Shown here: in pieces, positions 34,793 through 47,347 of the stretch | Layout of the letters: each line of letters starts with the position of its first letter | How positions within the stretch are numbered: the first letter of the stretch is position 1 | Assembly (NCBI GenBank): GCA_001949185.1 | Contig: BDGG01000004.1 | Span: 1,017,620-1,081,619 of the forward strand | Direction of reading: 5' to 3' | DNA length: 64,000 nucleotides | From: Ramazzottius varieornatus | Lineage: Eukaryota > Animalia > Tardigrada | The notes under the pieces: model-generated | What the model was told of the DNA's origin: nothing | The model's input: the letters and a program-made list of their open reading frames with translations, nothing else | Database searches by the model: none | Made by a program: the position numbers and the translations under genes

Positions 34793-36589
34793 CTAACTGG
34801 TGGATAGTTTTATTAGTGGCGTCGAACTTCGGAAGATCATTTGGAGCATTTCGCTCATCTCCACATGAATATTTTCCGGTGTGTTATGCGGTAATAAAAA
34901 CTGGACCGTCTTCGATCCATCATCAGACAAGCTGGACATCTCGATCATGAAACCTTTCACACATTTGAAAACTAGTTCTGCTCGCTTTTGACACCAGGCC
35001 GAAGTCATAAAGGGCTGGAAGCTGATCAGTAGAAAAAGAGGAACCGTCACTACGGACACATCAAAGTCCCACACCAAACGCATAACATTACGCATGGCTA
35101 GGATCGCCGGATGCCTTCCGTTGAGTTCTTCGTTGTTCAAAGCTTCCATCTTTGAGCCTTGCAAGAGAACATGGAATAGGAGGTGAACTTCCCGAAGACA
35201 ACTGTGTTTAGTGACAATGACGTCTCCACTTTCCCACGGATCTTTCGTATTGCGGGCTTCCACGATCTGTTCTTCGAAAGGGGGAAAATGCAATTCAGGC
35301 CACATCGAGCATAAACTGGCCACGTTCTTCCATAAACCGCTCGAACAATCCCACTGGTCGACAATGAGTACCAGACCTTGTAAGGTCTTGGAGTAGAGAT
35401 TCATGCAAGTTTGAAGATGTAGTGGATCGTAACCACTTTCAGTACTCTCCACTCGCTGAAGAAACGATGTCGCTTGTCCCACGATCAAACGAACATTCAT
35501 CGTCTTCTTCAACTGCCCACCTAGATGGATCGTATAACTCGATTCTTTCCGCTCTGGACCGGCTACCAAATCCCCTGCAAAGACAAACGTTCCTACTTAC
35601 AGTAGTACTGTAGATAACACTTATACCTTATGACTTATAGCAAACCGAGTATGTGGCATGAAGCGTGAATCGGTCACACTCTAAGTTTCGCCAAACGACG
35701 TCATCGCGGAATGTGAATCAGGCGTGACCGATTCATCCTGTTTGGCCCTCATTGGATGAAAATTCAGACGTACCTTCGTCCGCAAGAAAATCGATGTCAT
35801 CCTCTTTGAACTGCTCTCTGCTGTTTTCTCTGCTGTGTCGAAAAGTTCGCTTCATCTTGGTTATGCTGTCATACTGCTTCTTGACAAAGTCCACAAATTC
35901 CAGTCGTTGAGCCATTTGGACGCGAGAGAGCAGGTAATTTCCATAACTGGTTCGCTTGCGCAGAACAGCTGCGTAGCTCCGCTCCTGAGACACGAGTGGC
36001 CGCCAGTGATCACAATGCATCAATGCGTGAAACTGCTCATGGAACGTCAGCAGGCTTTGAACCCTGGTACGAATCTTTTGCTCTTGCTCCTCCTTTTCCT
36101 TCGCACTATTGTCGGAGTGGGTCTGCCAGGCCGAAGCGATCCGATCAACATCCGCTGATTCCAAACGATCCTTTTCGGAAGCCATCGGTGCTGTTAGCAA
36201 AATTTGATAGAAACGCTGGAGGGAGCCCACTGGAGAACAGAATCACGTAGCAAAGTTGGTCACTACACGACTTCAAGGAATGGTGTCCGAACCGCAAGTG
36301 CGAAGAAACTGCTTCAGGAATCAGGACGTTGCGGCTGATCCAGCAATGGTGCATGCGATGGCCATCCAATGGCTTATCACACTGAGCTGTTGGCGGGCCA
36401 TTCCGGTGATTGCTTCACAGCCACGGGCTTACGACTAACAAATATTTCGCAAACTCACGCTTCGAACACTCGAATTTTTCTAAATTTTCTCTTCGCACAG
36501 TTCGCAGACTCGCAGTTCGCACGTGGCACTATAAGTTTGGCAGTGAAAGCCTCCTTCTCACTTCTCAGTTTCTGCATCTGTTCGTCCAT
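34793..36589 (-). CDS. FERRY3: FERRY complex subunit 3 (C12orf4 / DUF2362 family)
   Basis: ESSYTIHLGGQLKK, LQTCMNLYSKTLQGLVLIVD, GDVIVTKHSCLREVHLLFH, KRAELVFKCVKGFMIEM. The 5' exons and start codon are not resolved. Confidence 0.88.
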
Positions 36590-36949
36590 GGGGGTTTGCA
36601 ACTGCGGTTAGAACACCCACGGCTATGTTTTGATGCTTTCCGACAGGGTGTACAAGAACTGTTGGGTGGCGGAACGACGTACAGCTTCGATGGCATGCTG
36701 AAGCATCCGAGGAGACAAGCACAACGGTAAGCGAAATGCGATAATGTGTGGTTTCAGTGTTTAAATAAGTGCAGCTGTACGAAATGTCTGAGGTATCATG
36801 GTCCTTGAACGGATTGTTGTGTGTTGTTGTTGCTCTAAGAAACCACTGCGGCTGAAGGCCAAGTCAGAGTTCCTGCACACGTGTATAGTTGCTTAATCAG
36901 CGGATACGTGGTTTTATGATATAGTTATGGTGATATACCTTCCGTATTG

Positions 36950-39900
36950 ATGACTCTTGCAGCGCACGCGCTGAAGGCAAAATCAGGCATCACGGAAGAA
37001 CAAGGAGCGACCTCGGATAGTGATCCGCATCTGCATATTTCGTCCGAATGTGGCAATAACTCTGCATGGAACTACGGCCATACGCACCCTATCATCCCTC
37101 CGCACACGTCACCGGAAGTTGAAGTTGAACGCCGTCTTTCTACGCTATCCTGTTCGCCGTTCTCTTCCCAGAAGAAGAAGCCTAAAGATGTTTCCAAAGA
37201 CCTCTTGCTGATTACCAGTCTACCTGTGAGCTTTTTTCAGGTCGGAGAACGTTTCTTATATGAATATCGCAATTTTGTATTTCAAACGCTGTTCGTATTC
37301 CAGGAAGATCGAACGGTCGTGTGCTCGTTGGTGCAGGATTCTCCAAAACCTCCAGTCGAGTTGGACAAGGCGGGTGAAGTGGCACCGGAGGTCAAAATGG
37401 CCGAAGTTCCGGGAAACGTTTCATCGGAAAAGATCAAGTTTAGCGAACCACTTCCGGCTCCAGCACAACCAGTTGAGGTGCATGACGGCAGTGACTCAGT
37501 AGGTGGCCCGCTTCTCTCAAGCTCGCAGGACGACGAAAGGATGCAGCTGTCACGGGATAACATACGTTTGACTACGCAAGTGAAGCTCCTCATGGCTTCT
37601 TCGGAAGACGTTCTTCGTGAGAAAGTGGAGCTTCAGACCAGGCTCCGAAGCGTAGAAGCCCAGAACTCTGCCATCAACGCTTCTCTGCAGTCCTTAGTAG
37701 AAGCTCGCCAAGTCGCCGTCAACGATCTAGCTGCCTTCAAGAGCACATACACCTCTGTAGTACAGAGGCTGGAGGACACCGAGAAGAAGTTGCTGAAACA
37801 AGACAACGAAATTACAATCCAGCAAACTCGTACCAAAACGTTGCAGAAGAAGGTCGAGCTTCTTCGTGGGGAGTTGAGTATTCAGAAGGTGGACGAAGAA
37901 GAGAAGGCGGGTGTCATCCAAGCCTTGAAAGCAAAGATTTCTAGCCAGCAAATGGATATCGAGCGGTTACAGCAGGAGAAGGAAAGACAAGCTCTCACGA
38001 AGAAAATGATGGATAAGAAGCAGACGGCAGTAGATGAGCTGGAAAGGGAGCAGCTTCTGCAAGAGTTGACGAAAGTAAAGAAGGACTACCAGCAAGCGCA
38101 GGAAGACGTGAGGAGAATGGTCGATCAAAGTATGACTCAGAAACTTCAACACGATGCGCTGCGGCGCGAGAACAGTAAACTGTCTCGGGAAATCATCGAC
38201 TTGCAGCATGCAGCGGTCAAAGACAAAACGGGCTTTCTGAAACAGCTGGAACGGGTGGAAGCTGAGCAGCGTCAACGTGAAGCGGAATTACTCCGGTAAA
38301 GCTTTCCAAATGGCTCTGTTGATCAGAGCCACCCCTTAGTTGGAATTCGACGATTGCGCGATTTGATCAGGGTGATTCTTTCTCGAGTGTGTTAATCCGC
38401 TCAAGTCGTGCAACAGTACCAAAACTTATACTATTATTGGAGTTTTTCGTTCATACTTTTGCAGCAGTTCCGAGAAGAGTTTAGCCACGAAGAAGGAGGG
38501 CAACGGCGTTCGCGTCATCAACGAAAACGAATGGAGTCGCTTAGCCCAGCTGCTCTCCCGCAGCGATGGACTGGAAGCGGAATTGACCGCGACGAAGACC
38601 GAAGCGCAAGATATTCGTCAACGACTTCTAATGGTGGAAGATGACCGGAAGGATCTACTACGACGCGTCGTGGTAGCTGAAAAGAGCGTTGAAGAGCGCG
38701 ATGCCACTATCGAGTTCCTCAATCGAAGGCTCGACAGCGCCAACCAGCGACTGAACGACACCAAGGTTCAGCTTAACCAGATGGAGAGCATCTCTCGTCA
38801 ATATTCCGTCGTGACGGTCAATCTTGATGCTGTGACCGCCGAGAAAGAAAACTTAGTCCATGAAAGAGCAGCTTTAGAAACCACGTTGACTTCTTTGCGG
38901 AAACAGCTGAACGAGAGTCAACAAGGAATTTCGGTGTTTAGGAAAGAGATGCAAGAAGTCAAGTCTGTGAACAAGTCCTTGAGCGAAAATGTCTTGTCTT
39001 TACAACAGGAGAAAACAGCGAAAGAGACGGAGGCGAACAATGTTCGAGCTGAGTACCACACTCTAATGGGGAAATATAGCGAGGTCACGCAGCAGTTGGC
39101 ACTGACCGAAGTCGGGTTGGAAGAACTGAGAAGGCTGAAAGAGTCCTTGCAGACTACGGAAGTGGAGCTGACAGCATGGAAGGAAGCAGCGGCAGCTTGG
39201 CAGAGTTACAGCGAGCATTTGAGTGTCAAACCAGAGAGTGTCACTTCGGAAACCCAAAGCGACCCGGTGGAAGATGAACGACTAGTCCAATTACAGTCTG
39301 GAATGTCCGAGCTGGAAAGAAATTGTTCGAATCTGCAAGCTGCTTACCAGCAAGCGACCGAGGCACTGGCGAATGCGGAAGGAAGGATACGTGAGCTGGA
39401 GGAGACAGGAAGAACGTTGGAGGAACAGTGCGCTACCTACAACACAGCCTGTCAGCGGCTGCAGGGGGAAGTGGAGATTGCAAGAGAGGAAACTGATCGC
39501 TACGCCGGCTCTTTACAGTCGGAACAGCAGCACAGTAGGCAGCTGGTGTTGCAGTTGCAGAATGTGAGCGGCTACAAAGAAGAGCGAGATGCTTTACAGG
39601 AGAGATGCGACGCCCTGGCTTCTCAGACTTCTCAGCTCACCGTAAGCAGTTTACAAATCTATGGACTGACATAACAACTCCCCAATAACATTAGACTTGG
39701 AGTATTGCTTATTTTTGTAGGAGGAAGTAGCCAGAGTGGCAGGTGAGAAGGAACACTTGTCGAAACAGCTGACGGAAGAAATCCAACGGGCGACGCAGCG
39801 ACTCAGTGAGCACGCAGAAGAACATCGGACCATTGTGGCGACCTTCGAAGCGACTATAGAGGAGATGAACCAAGCCGTGGCACAGCACGATGAACAATGG

Positions 39901-42900
39901 AAGGCGTACCTGCAGTCTCAAACAGCAACTATTGCGGCAGAGAAGTCTACCTTGCAAGAACATGTGTCCCAGTTGAACGCAACTATCGAAGACCTGAAAA
40001 GACTTCAACAAGAAACCGCGTCGGTGAGTGGAAGTTATGCGCACGCTTTGGTCCATATCGAAGTACAGCAAACGGAGGGTCTGCAAGTACTGCAGGAACG
40101 ATGCGATGTTCTCACATTGCAAGTCGCTCGACTCACGGTCAGTTTCTCCGATGTTAGATGTGCTTGTGTTTTGCTGCGTTATTGGCCAGTTTTGTTGAAC
40201 TGAGCGTATGCTACTAAGGTGTTTTATTTTGTTTTGTTAGCAGGACACAATATCAAAGACTGAGAGCGAAGCAGCCAGTGTCATGGAAGGTAAGAATGCC
40301 GAAATACTAGAGCTACAGCAGCGACTCAACCAACACGAAAAGGAACATGGAGCAACAGTGACAGCATTCGAAGCGACCATTGCTGAGATGAACCAAGCTG
40401 TGGCACAACATGACGAACAGTGGGAGGTTTTCCTTCGGTCGCAGACAGCGTCCTTTGAAGCAGAGAAGGTCGTCATACAAGAAAACGTTAATCGATTGAC
40501 CGAAGTTGTCGAAGTCCTGAAGCAGCAACAACAAGAATGCGAAAAGCCGAGGGAAGACGAAACAAGATCTGCGGTAGACGGCGAAATACAACAAGCGGAA
40601 GTGGCACGGGTGCTGGGGGAGAAATGCAATAGTCTCGCCTCACAGGTCGCTCTCCTCTCGGTAAGAGTTTGATTGTTTCCAGTTTTGAACGGTGAATCTG
40701 TACACCTATTTGGTCAAATTATTGACCGGTTCCCAATTATTGGCCACCCGTTTATTTCGGCGATCCGTGCCTCGATCGACTTGTCTGAAGTTTATTCACA
40801 TGGCTTATGAATCTGTGAGGTCTAATAGATGAAGCTAAAACAGTCGGCCTCTTAGTTGGCTCAAAAAGTGGGTGACTAACAATTAGGAACCGGCCAATAA
40901 TCAGTTCAAGAACGTATGTGGCATTAATTTTTGTTTTGTTTACAGGAAACAACAGCAAAGTTCCAAACGGAGAACGCTCAGTTGAGAGAGAACTACAACC
41001 AAGAAACCGAAAGACATCATCAGTTCGTGAGCCAACTGGAAGAAAGTCATCGCACTGCTGTAGCAGCCTTTGAAGCGACCATCGCAGAAATGAGCCAAGC
41101 TGTTGCACAACACGACGAGCAGTGGAAGGAGTACCTCCGCTCCGAGACGGCAATCTTCGACCACGAGAAACGTACTCTGCAGGAACAAATCGTCCACCTG
41201 AACGGTGTCATCGAAGGCCTGAGAAGTCAGCAGGAAGTAGATCAGCTGCAGGATGACCAAAATAAGGTAACCATGGCTCATAGTCAGAACACCGAATCAT
41301 CGGAAGTACTGCAAGAACGGTGCAGCGCTTTATCCTTACAACTAGCGCATCTCACGGTCAGTCGTTATCAGGCCGAGCGAAGCGAGGCCCTTTTAAGTCA
41401 GTCGAGATTTCAATGGACGATCAGGTTGTTCGAGCTTCCAGATATCGCAACCTCTGTACTGAAAACAAGTACGCAACGTGATCCGAGCAGCAAAAGTTTT
41501 CACTCGCAAAACTTGCGCTTCTTTGCTTCTGCTCGGCCTTCCCAGTGGTCAGAACCACTTGCTAGTTATAAAAACTTGATGACGCCTGTCGAACTTTCTT
41601 GGTTGTAAGCTTATCTGCGAATCCGTTTTTTTAAAGGAGGAGATAGCGAGGGTGGAAGGTGAAAAGAGCCGGTTGACCGTGGAGAACACTGGCATGACTC
41701 GCCAGTTGAATGAAGTCAGGTCTCAGCTGGAACAAGTTTCCTTCCAGCAGAAGGAACAAGAAAGACTTGGAACAGAGTCAGTGGAAAAGCACAAAGTAGA
41801 TGTAGAAGCATGGTCGGCGGAAGTTGAGAGGTTGCGACAGCTTCTAACGCAACAGGAAGAAAGACACCAAGCTAGTGTAGCGACCTTCGAAGCGTCCATA
41901 ACCGAAATGAACCAAGCTGTCGCCCAGCACGACGAAGAATGGAAAGAGTATCTGCGGTCCCAGACGGAAGTTTTAGAGCAAGAAAAGTCAGTTCTACAAG
42001 AAGAAGTTCGTCGGCTGAACTCTCAAATCGAAGACCTTCAAAGACGCCTGGAAGAGACACCAGCACAAATGACGACCGTGGAACGGTCGAACAACCAAGG
42101 TGGAGCTGAAGGGAGCGAGGCGCAGCAAGGTAAGCTGGAGCCCGCTGGATATGTTGAACCCATCGTAGAGCAAAGGATCATGCTTGAAGAAGAACTGCAG
42201 AACCTGTACAATGAACACGCGGTGGCTGAACCGGAAGACGAATGGCAGCAGCGTCTTGAAGATGAACGAAAGCAGTGGCAAGATCAGCTGGCTTCCGTGA
42301 CCAGTCAAGCTGAAGATCGGTTGAAGGAGACACAGAACAGTTTGGAGAATGCAGTGAACGAGAGCACCTGGATGAAGGTGCAGATGGAAGAACTGCAAAG
42401 TCAACTGCATAGTCGGGAAGAAGAGTTGCAGAGAGTGAAGGAACTTTTGAAGCATACTGTCGCGTTGGACAAGTTCGACGAAGTGCCGCAGGAGAAGAAG
42501 TCTTTGTCGGTCGCTTGCTCTGCTTTACAGGAACAAGTCGCTTCTGTGAAGCACGAGGTGGAGACCCTGCGGTCACAACAAGAGTCAGCGGGAAGTGCCG
42601 CTATGGCCCAACCGGAAGTGATCAACGAAGGAGTGCAGTCACAGTTGATAAGCTTGGAGGATGAGGTGGATTCACTCCGAAGTATGAAGAAGGGCCTGGA
42701 AGAGAAGGTTTTGGCTTTGGAAGAAGAAGTGACGCGCTTGAATAACCAGTCAAGCCTTACTCTTCAACAGACTGTGACTGGGTATGAGCAGCGCGTGGCA
42801 GCGTTCAATCAAGAATGGCAGACATATGTTAGTCAACAAGCCACAACCTTCGAAGAGGAGAAGCTGGCGCTGATGTCCCAAGTTGCTTCCCTGTCGGAAG

Positions 42901-45279
42901 AGCTGAAACAGACTCAGTCGCTCCTCGAACGAATGGTGGTGGATGGAACTTTCCTAGCCACAAATATGCTTGTCGAAGCAGCAGATGATGGGAAAGCGCA
43001 TTGTTTGATGTGTGACAGCTTGATACAGAAGGTCAACGAGCACCAGGAGGCTATCGATGCACTTCATGGGCAAATTCAGCAGTACGAGCAAAACAGCCGA
43101 CAACTGGACCTAGGTCCAAATGGAAATGGGAGGGGTGAACCGGAAGTCTCTGGGGTTTTCAGCTCGATGGTGCAACAACAACAAGTGGACTTCGGCGCAG
43201 GAGATACATCAGAATATTTGGATGGGTTTCCGCTGGGGTAAGTCTACCTGAATAATTAGTCCAACGACATCCGAAATTGACCTTTTTTACTCCTTGTGTC
43301 TCGGCACTTCCTGCGTGCTGTCGCACAATGCTGGAAAAGGCGGCTGGTTGTATGTATGTGCATGAAAATTGATTCAATTTTGAGAACGTGAAATTTCCGC
43401 CTTTTTCATGAACCTGCATACAATAATTCGAGTATCTATTCGACCATGTATATATTTTAGAAGTCCTTTCGAGCAAGCTGAGTTGCTCGACACCAGCGGG
43501 ATGTCAGAAAGTGAAGTGGTTCGAGACCTGAAAGAAGATCGACTACGTCTACAGGTCGAACTCCTTGCTGTCCAGGAAGAATGTGAACGCTTACAGGAAC
43601 AACTGGCTTCCGTTCGCCGATCACCTCGTCACTCTCCTCGTCGCTCCTCCATGTCCAGCCTTCGGACTTTGGCCGACTTGGCTGGCCAAGTCCTCGACGA
43701 CTTCGAGATACCAGATGACAAGGAGGACAACGACGAAGACTTCCTGGCCACCGTTCATCTACAAGACCTGATTGTGTCCCTTCAAGCTCACGTCAAAGAC
43801 CTCATGATGGAACTGGACGACGCCACTACGCATAACAGTTGCTTGACCGAAGAACTAACCAAAACCCAGCAAGCGCTGAAAGCTAGTGAAGAACGCTTAG
43901 TGAGTTACGGTATGGACTTTGAGAAGGAGCGTGGTGCGAAGGAGGTTTTGCAGCATGAAGTTAGTCGCCTGAAGGACGAAGTGTCGACTCTGACGGCGCA
44001 CTTGGTTGACAAAGAAATCCACGTTGCTGCGTTGAAGCAACAGCTTGAAGAACAGTATGGTCTGGTTCAGCAGCTACGGACCAGCACTGAGGTGGATTCG
44101 TCAAACCTGTTGCAAAAACTCCGGGACGCGTATGAAGAGAAACGGCAGACTTCGATGAAGTTGCACGAGACAAGGGAAGTTATTCAAGCCCTGCAGAGGG
44201 AGTTAGAAGATGCTCAAGGACTGGGAACGCAAGCGGAGGCTACTTTGCAGTTTACGCGAGCTAATCTGGAAGAGAAGGTGCAAGAGGTGAAAACGCTCCA
44301 AGAACAGCTGCGAAAGAGTCAGGAAGAAATGGAACAGACAACCGGTGCTTTGGCAGCCTCCGAAGCCGAGAAGACCCAACTGTCCAAGACGGTTCATCGT
44401 TTACGCACGAAAGTTAGCGAGCTGTCTAACGATATCAAGGTACATATATTATGGAGTTTCACAGCTATTTCCTCGCTGCAGTACTTTCGAAGGATTTGAA
44501 GATTTTAGAGAAATCCTTTGCTAGCTTAACTTCCAGTTTAAAAACAGTACGAATGCGTCGGGAGGGTTTGGACAAGAAACTGCAGTACTTTGTTGTGTTT
44601 CAGGAACTAAAAGAGGAAGTCGAAAGACGACAGTCGGCTCACGATTCATTCCGCGAGCGTGTTAGTCACGAAGCAGAGACCTTGGACCAGGAAATTCAAA
44701 GCTTACGAGAACATCTCCAGGCAAGTAAGTCAGGTCTAGAGCTGGGCGTATTTGTCGCCGTGCCATTTCGGCGAATCCAGTATCCATTTTTTTGCGTTTT
44801 TCAGACACGGGACACTGAGTATGATGACTTGGACCGCGAGACGAGAGAGATGCGTGATGAGGTCCGGGCTTTGAAGACAGAATTGAAGGTGACGAAGAAG
44901 CAGCTTCGTGACACTACTCGCCAACTGCGACAATCCGAGCAGGAGCTATTGTCCGAGGGTGGACGGAAGAGCTCTCATGCTTCGTCGCTCAATGGCGATT
45001 CCACACTATCACAATCCTCCCAAAAAGCCAAACTTAAACTGCTTGATATTCTTCAGTCAAGTTCCGACAATATTCCCAGGTACGCTTGTCCGCCTAATAT
45101 GTTTCTCAGCTCAGTCCGTTTCTCTTGCCTGAAAGATGACGAAGTTTGACTTTTCTGTTTGTAGGGCTTCGAACACACTGAAGTTGTGTATGGACAGCCT
45201 CAAGTCGGAAATTGACGACCTTAAATCTCAGATGGATCACCACATTCAGGTGGTCAAGAGCAAGAGTGATCTATTGTAG
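36950..45279 (+). CDS. GOLGA3: Golgin-160 / GOLGA3-like giant coiled-coil protein with internal exon repeats
   Basis: About 2200 aa of heptad-rich sequence. QSMTQKLQHDALRRENSKLSREIIDLQHAAVKDK and the terminal LKLCMDSLKSEIDDLKSQMDHH resemble recalled GOLGA3 segments. The start codon is uncertain. Confidence 0.7.
40718..40901. mobile_element. ~185-bp MITE-like element in a golgin intron
   Basis: ATTATTGACCGGTTCCCAATTATTGGCCACCC versus the reverse complement of the right arm, ATTATTGGCCGGTTCCTAATTGTTAGTCACCC (27/32 identical). Confidence 0.7.
41365..41567 (+). mobile_element. ~200-bp Helentron/HINE-like non-autonomous rolling-circle element in a golgin intron
   Basis: 5' TT then AGGCCGAGCGAAGCGAGGCC. 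The 3' subterminal inverse GCTCGGCCT (41531-41539) is followed by hairpin AGTGGT-CAGA-ACCACT and CTAGTT. Confidence 0.55.
43350..43421. repeat. Decayed Family-1 motifs in a golgin intron
   Basis: GTATGTATGTGCATGA at 43350 and TTCATGAACCTGCATAC ending at 43421. Their partner motifs are degenerate. Confidence 0.5.
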
Positions 45280-47302
45280 CGCCACCTCCTTGGTACCGGT
45301 AATGCACAGTTGTGATGTTTTTTATCTACTGTTTTTGTCAGAGACCCAGAGTCTTATTCGACGTTGTCGACAAATGTGGCATATGTGATAATTATTATGG
45401 TAAGTTGTTTTGGTTGACGAGACGACCTTTTGGTCTTTCTTTTTCAAGGAACTAGACATTTTCTTCGAGCCACCCTTCTGAAAAAAACATCAGAATTGTT
45501 AATGATCTCGATGAGTAGCAACATTTTTTGTTCTGAAAGACGAACACCAAAAGTTCACAGAGGGCAAATTCGGATGTTACTCATGGACGACGATTATCGA
45601 GTAAGTCTTTTCGGGGTTTGTTACTGAAAAGTGTAATACTAATTGTCTCGACCAGAAAATTCTTTCATTACTCACACTACTTTTTTTTGGCTTTTACAGG
45701 ATTTTGTGCTGTGATTGTGATGTGCTGTGTGAGCGGCCATCAGTGAGGACGCCGTGATGGACAGTGAAATTGAGGCTGTCGATTAGGAGCGATCAAGATG
45801 GATGTAACGTTAATTGATCTCAATGAATGAAGTCGGGTTCTGTGTGGACCAGCTTCAGCTCGCTTTCGCCGTAATGGGGTAAGTCACATCTTTAACAAGG
45901 GCCCGCACAAATCAAAGCCGTAACGACAAAAATCAAGTTGCTCAAGTATGGATTCTTTTCATGATCGAAGAGGAAGCTGTGAGCATTTCAAAAGCCATTC
46001 CATGTCTTTTGTCCACAGTCACGAAATTTGGCGCTAGGCAAATATTGCTCTGTCGGCAGGGTTCGCTATTGTCCTCTTGTCTGCTTTTGTGCATTCCATA
46101 TCGGTGGTGGCTGATATGGAAGTATGAAAAACTAGACTGGCTCTTCACACACCGAAACATTCCTCGGACGTTCAGTATCTCATATTTCATTACGCAACAC
46201 AAAAGAAAGTCAAAAATTCACAAAACTCGGTGAATACAGAAGCAAGAAACGCGAAGGCAAATCAAAAGGCAAATCCATATTATCCTCCCAATGCAAACTC
46301 CTCAAGGAATTTAAATGTTTAGAGTTCCACGAAGTTTGTTACAGGGAGAATAAATGTTACCATCGGTTTTCATTTTCGGTATTTTTGCGTATTTTCAGAA
46401 GTTGGGTAAAAGATACGGCCTGCATTTCAATTGAAGAAGTTCTCAAAGCGAGAATCAATTTGGATTGACGCATACGAAGAGGTCGATCGCGTCTATCTAG
46501 GCATGGTTCGTCAGGGACCCAGAAGCAGGCCGCCACAGGCAAGGGGACGGAAATGGACAAGGCGAAGAGATTGTCGGATATTGGGTGGCAGTTAAGTTGA
46601 CTTGACTTTTGTTGGCAGTAAGAGATCTTTGATGATCAAAGCGCTCGCCGCGACATGTGAATAGACTGTCTTCATCCGTTACTTTAGATTCACACACAGA
46701 GACCCAAATGTAACAGTTTTGTTGTCTTTCCTCTCTTTCTCTAGGTTCTTCCTCCTTCTCTTCCCCTAAGACTAACCAGCTCTCTACCCCAAGTGTATGG
46801 TCGTCCAAGCATAGATCTTCGTTTACACGCCTTGCCACAGTTGCAGCAGTTCCCCTCCAAGCGTTTCCTTCCGCTCTTCCCACCAGTCCCACAGCCCAAG
46901 TGGAGCAAGGCAGGAAGGCGCATATCGTCCTATCTCGCTGGTAAGCGGTCATGCAGTGTAAACTCTGCTGGACGTAAATTTAGCCAGCCTCTCCAGATGT
47001 TCTTTTACTACAAGGAACTGGAGCAGACGGTAAAATAACAGCGGGCTCGGTGCTACGTCATCCGAACAATCTGAAGGACCTCTTCGGCGTCACTATCGAG
47101 TACTTCAAGCTCTTCAATCGTTATATTTTGACTCCAGCATGGTGCAATGGCTGTTTCACCAACGTAAATACATCAGGTACCGTTGAAAAGGAGGCACAGG
47201 CGATACATTTCAGACTCTTTTGGCGGTTGTTGAAAAATATTCTCGCGGTTCACGGAATAAATTGGGACGTGGACAAATGAATTGAACCATGTCGGTTCCA
47301 CA

Positions 47303-47347
47303 AGTGGCGCACACTGCCGGCCAGAAACAACGAAACTGTGCGCCACT
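47303..47347. repeat. Family-2 palindromic element core
   Basis: AGTGGCGCAC-N25-GTGCGCCACT followed by TCAGATAAC. Confidence 0.85.

Larger units (their letters stand above)
39721..42040 (+). repeat. Four tandemly duplicated coding exons within the golgin gene
   Basis: Exons 39721-40137, 40241-40660, 40946-41356 and the 5' part of the exon starting 41637 each encode FEA(T/S)IxEMxQAVAQHDExW. Confidence 0.92.
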
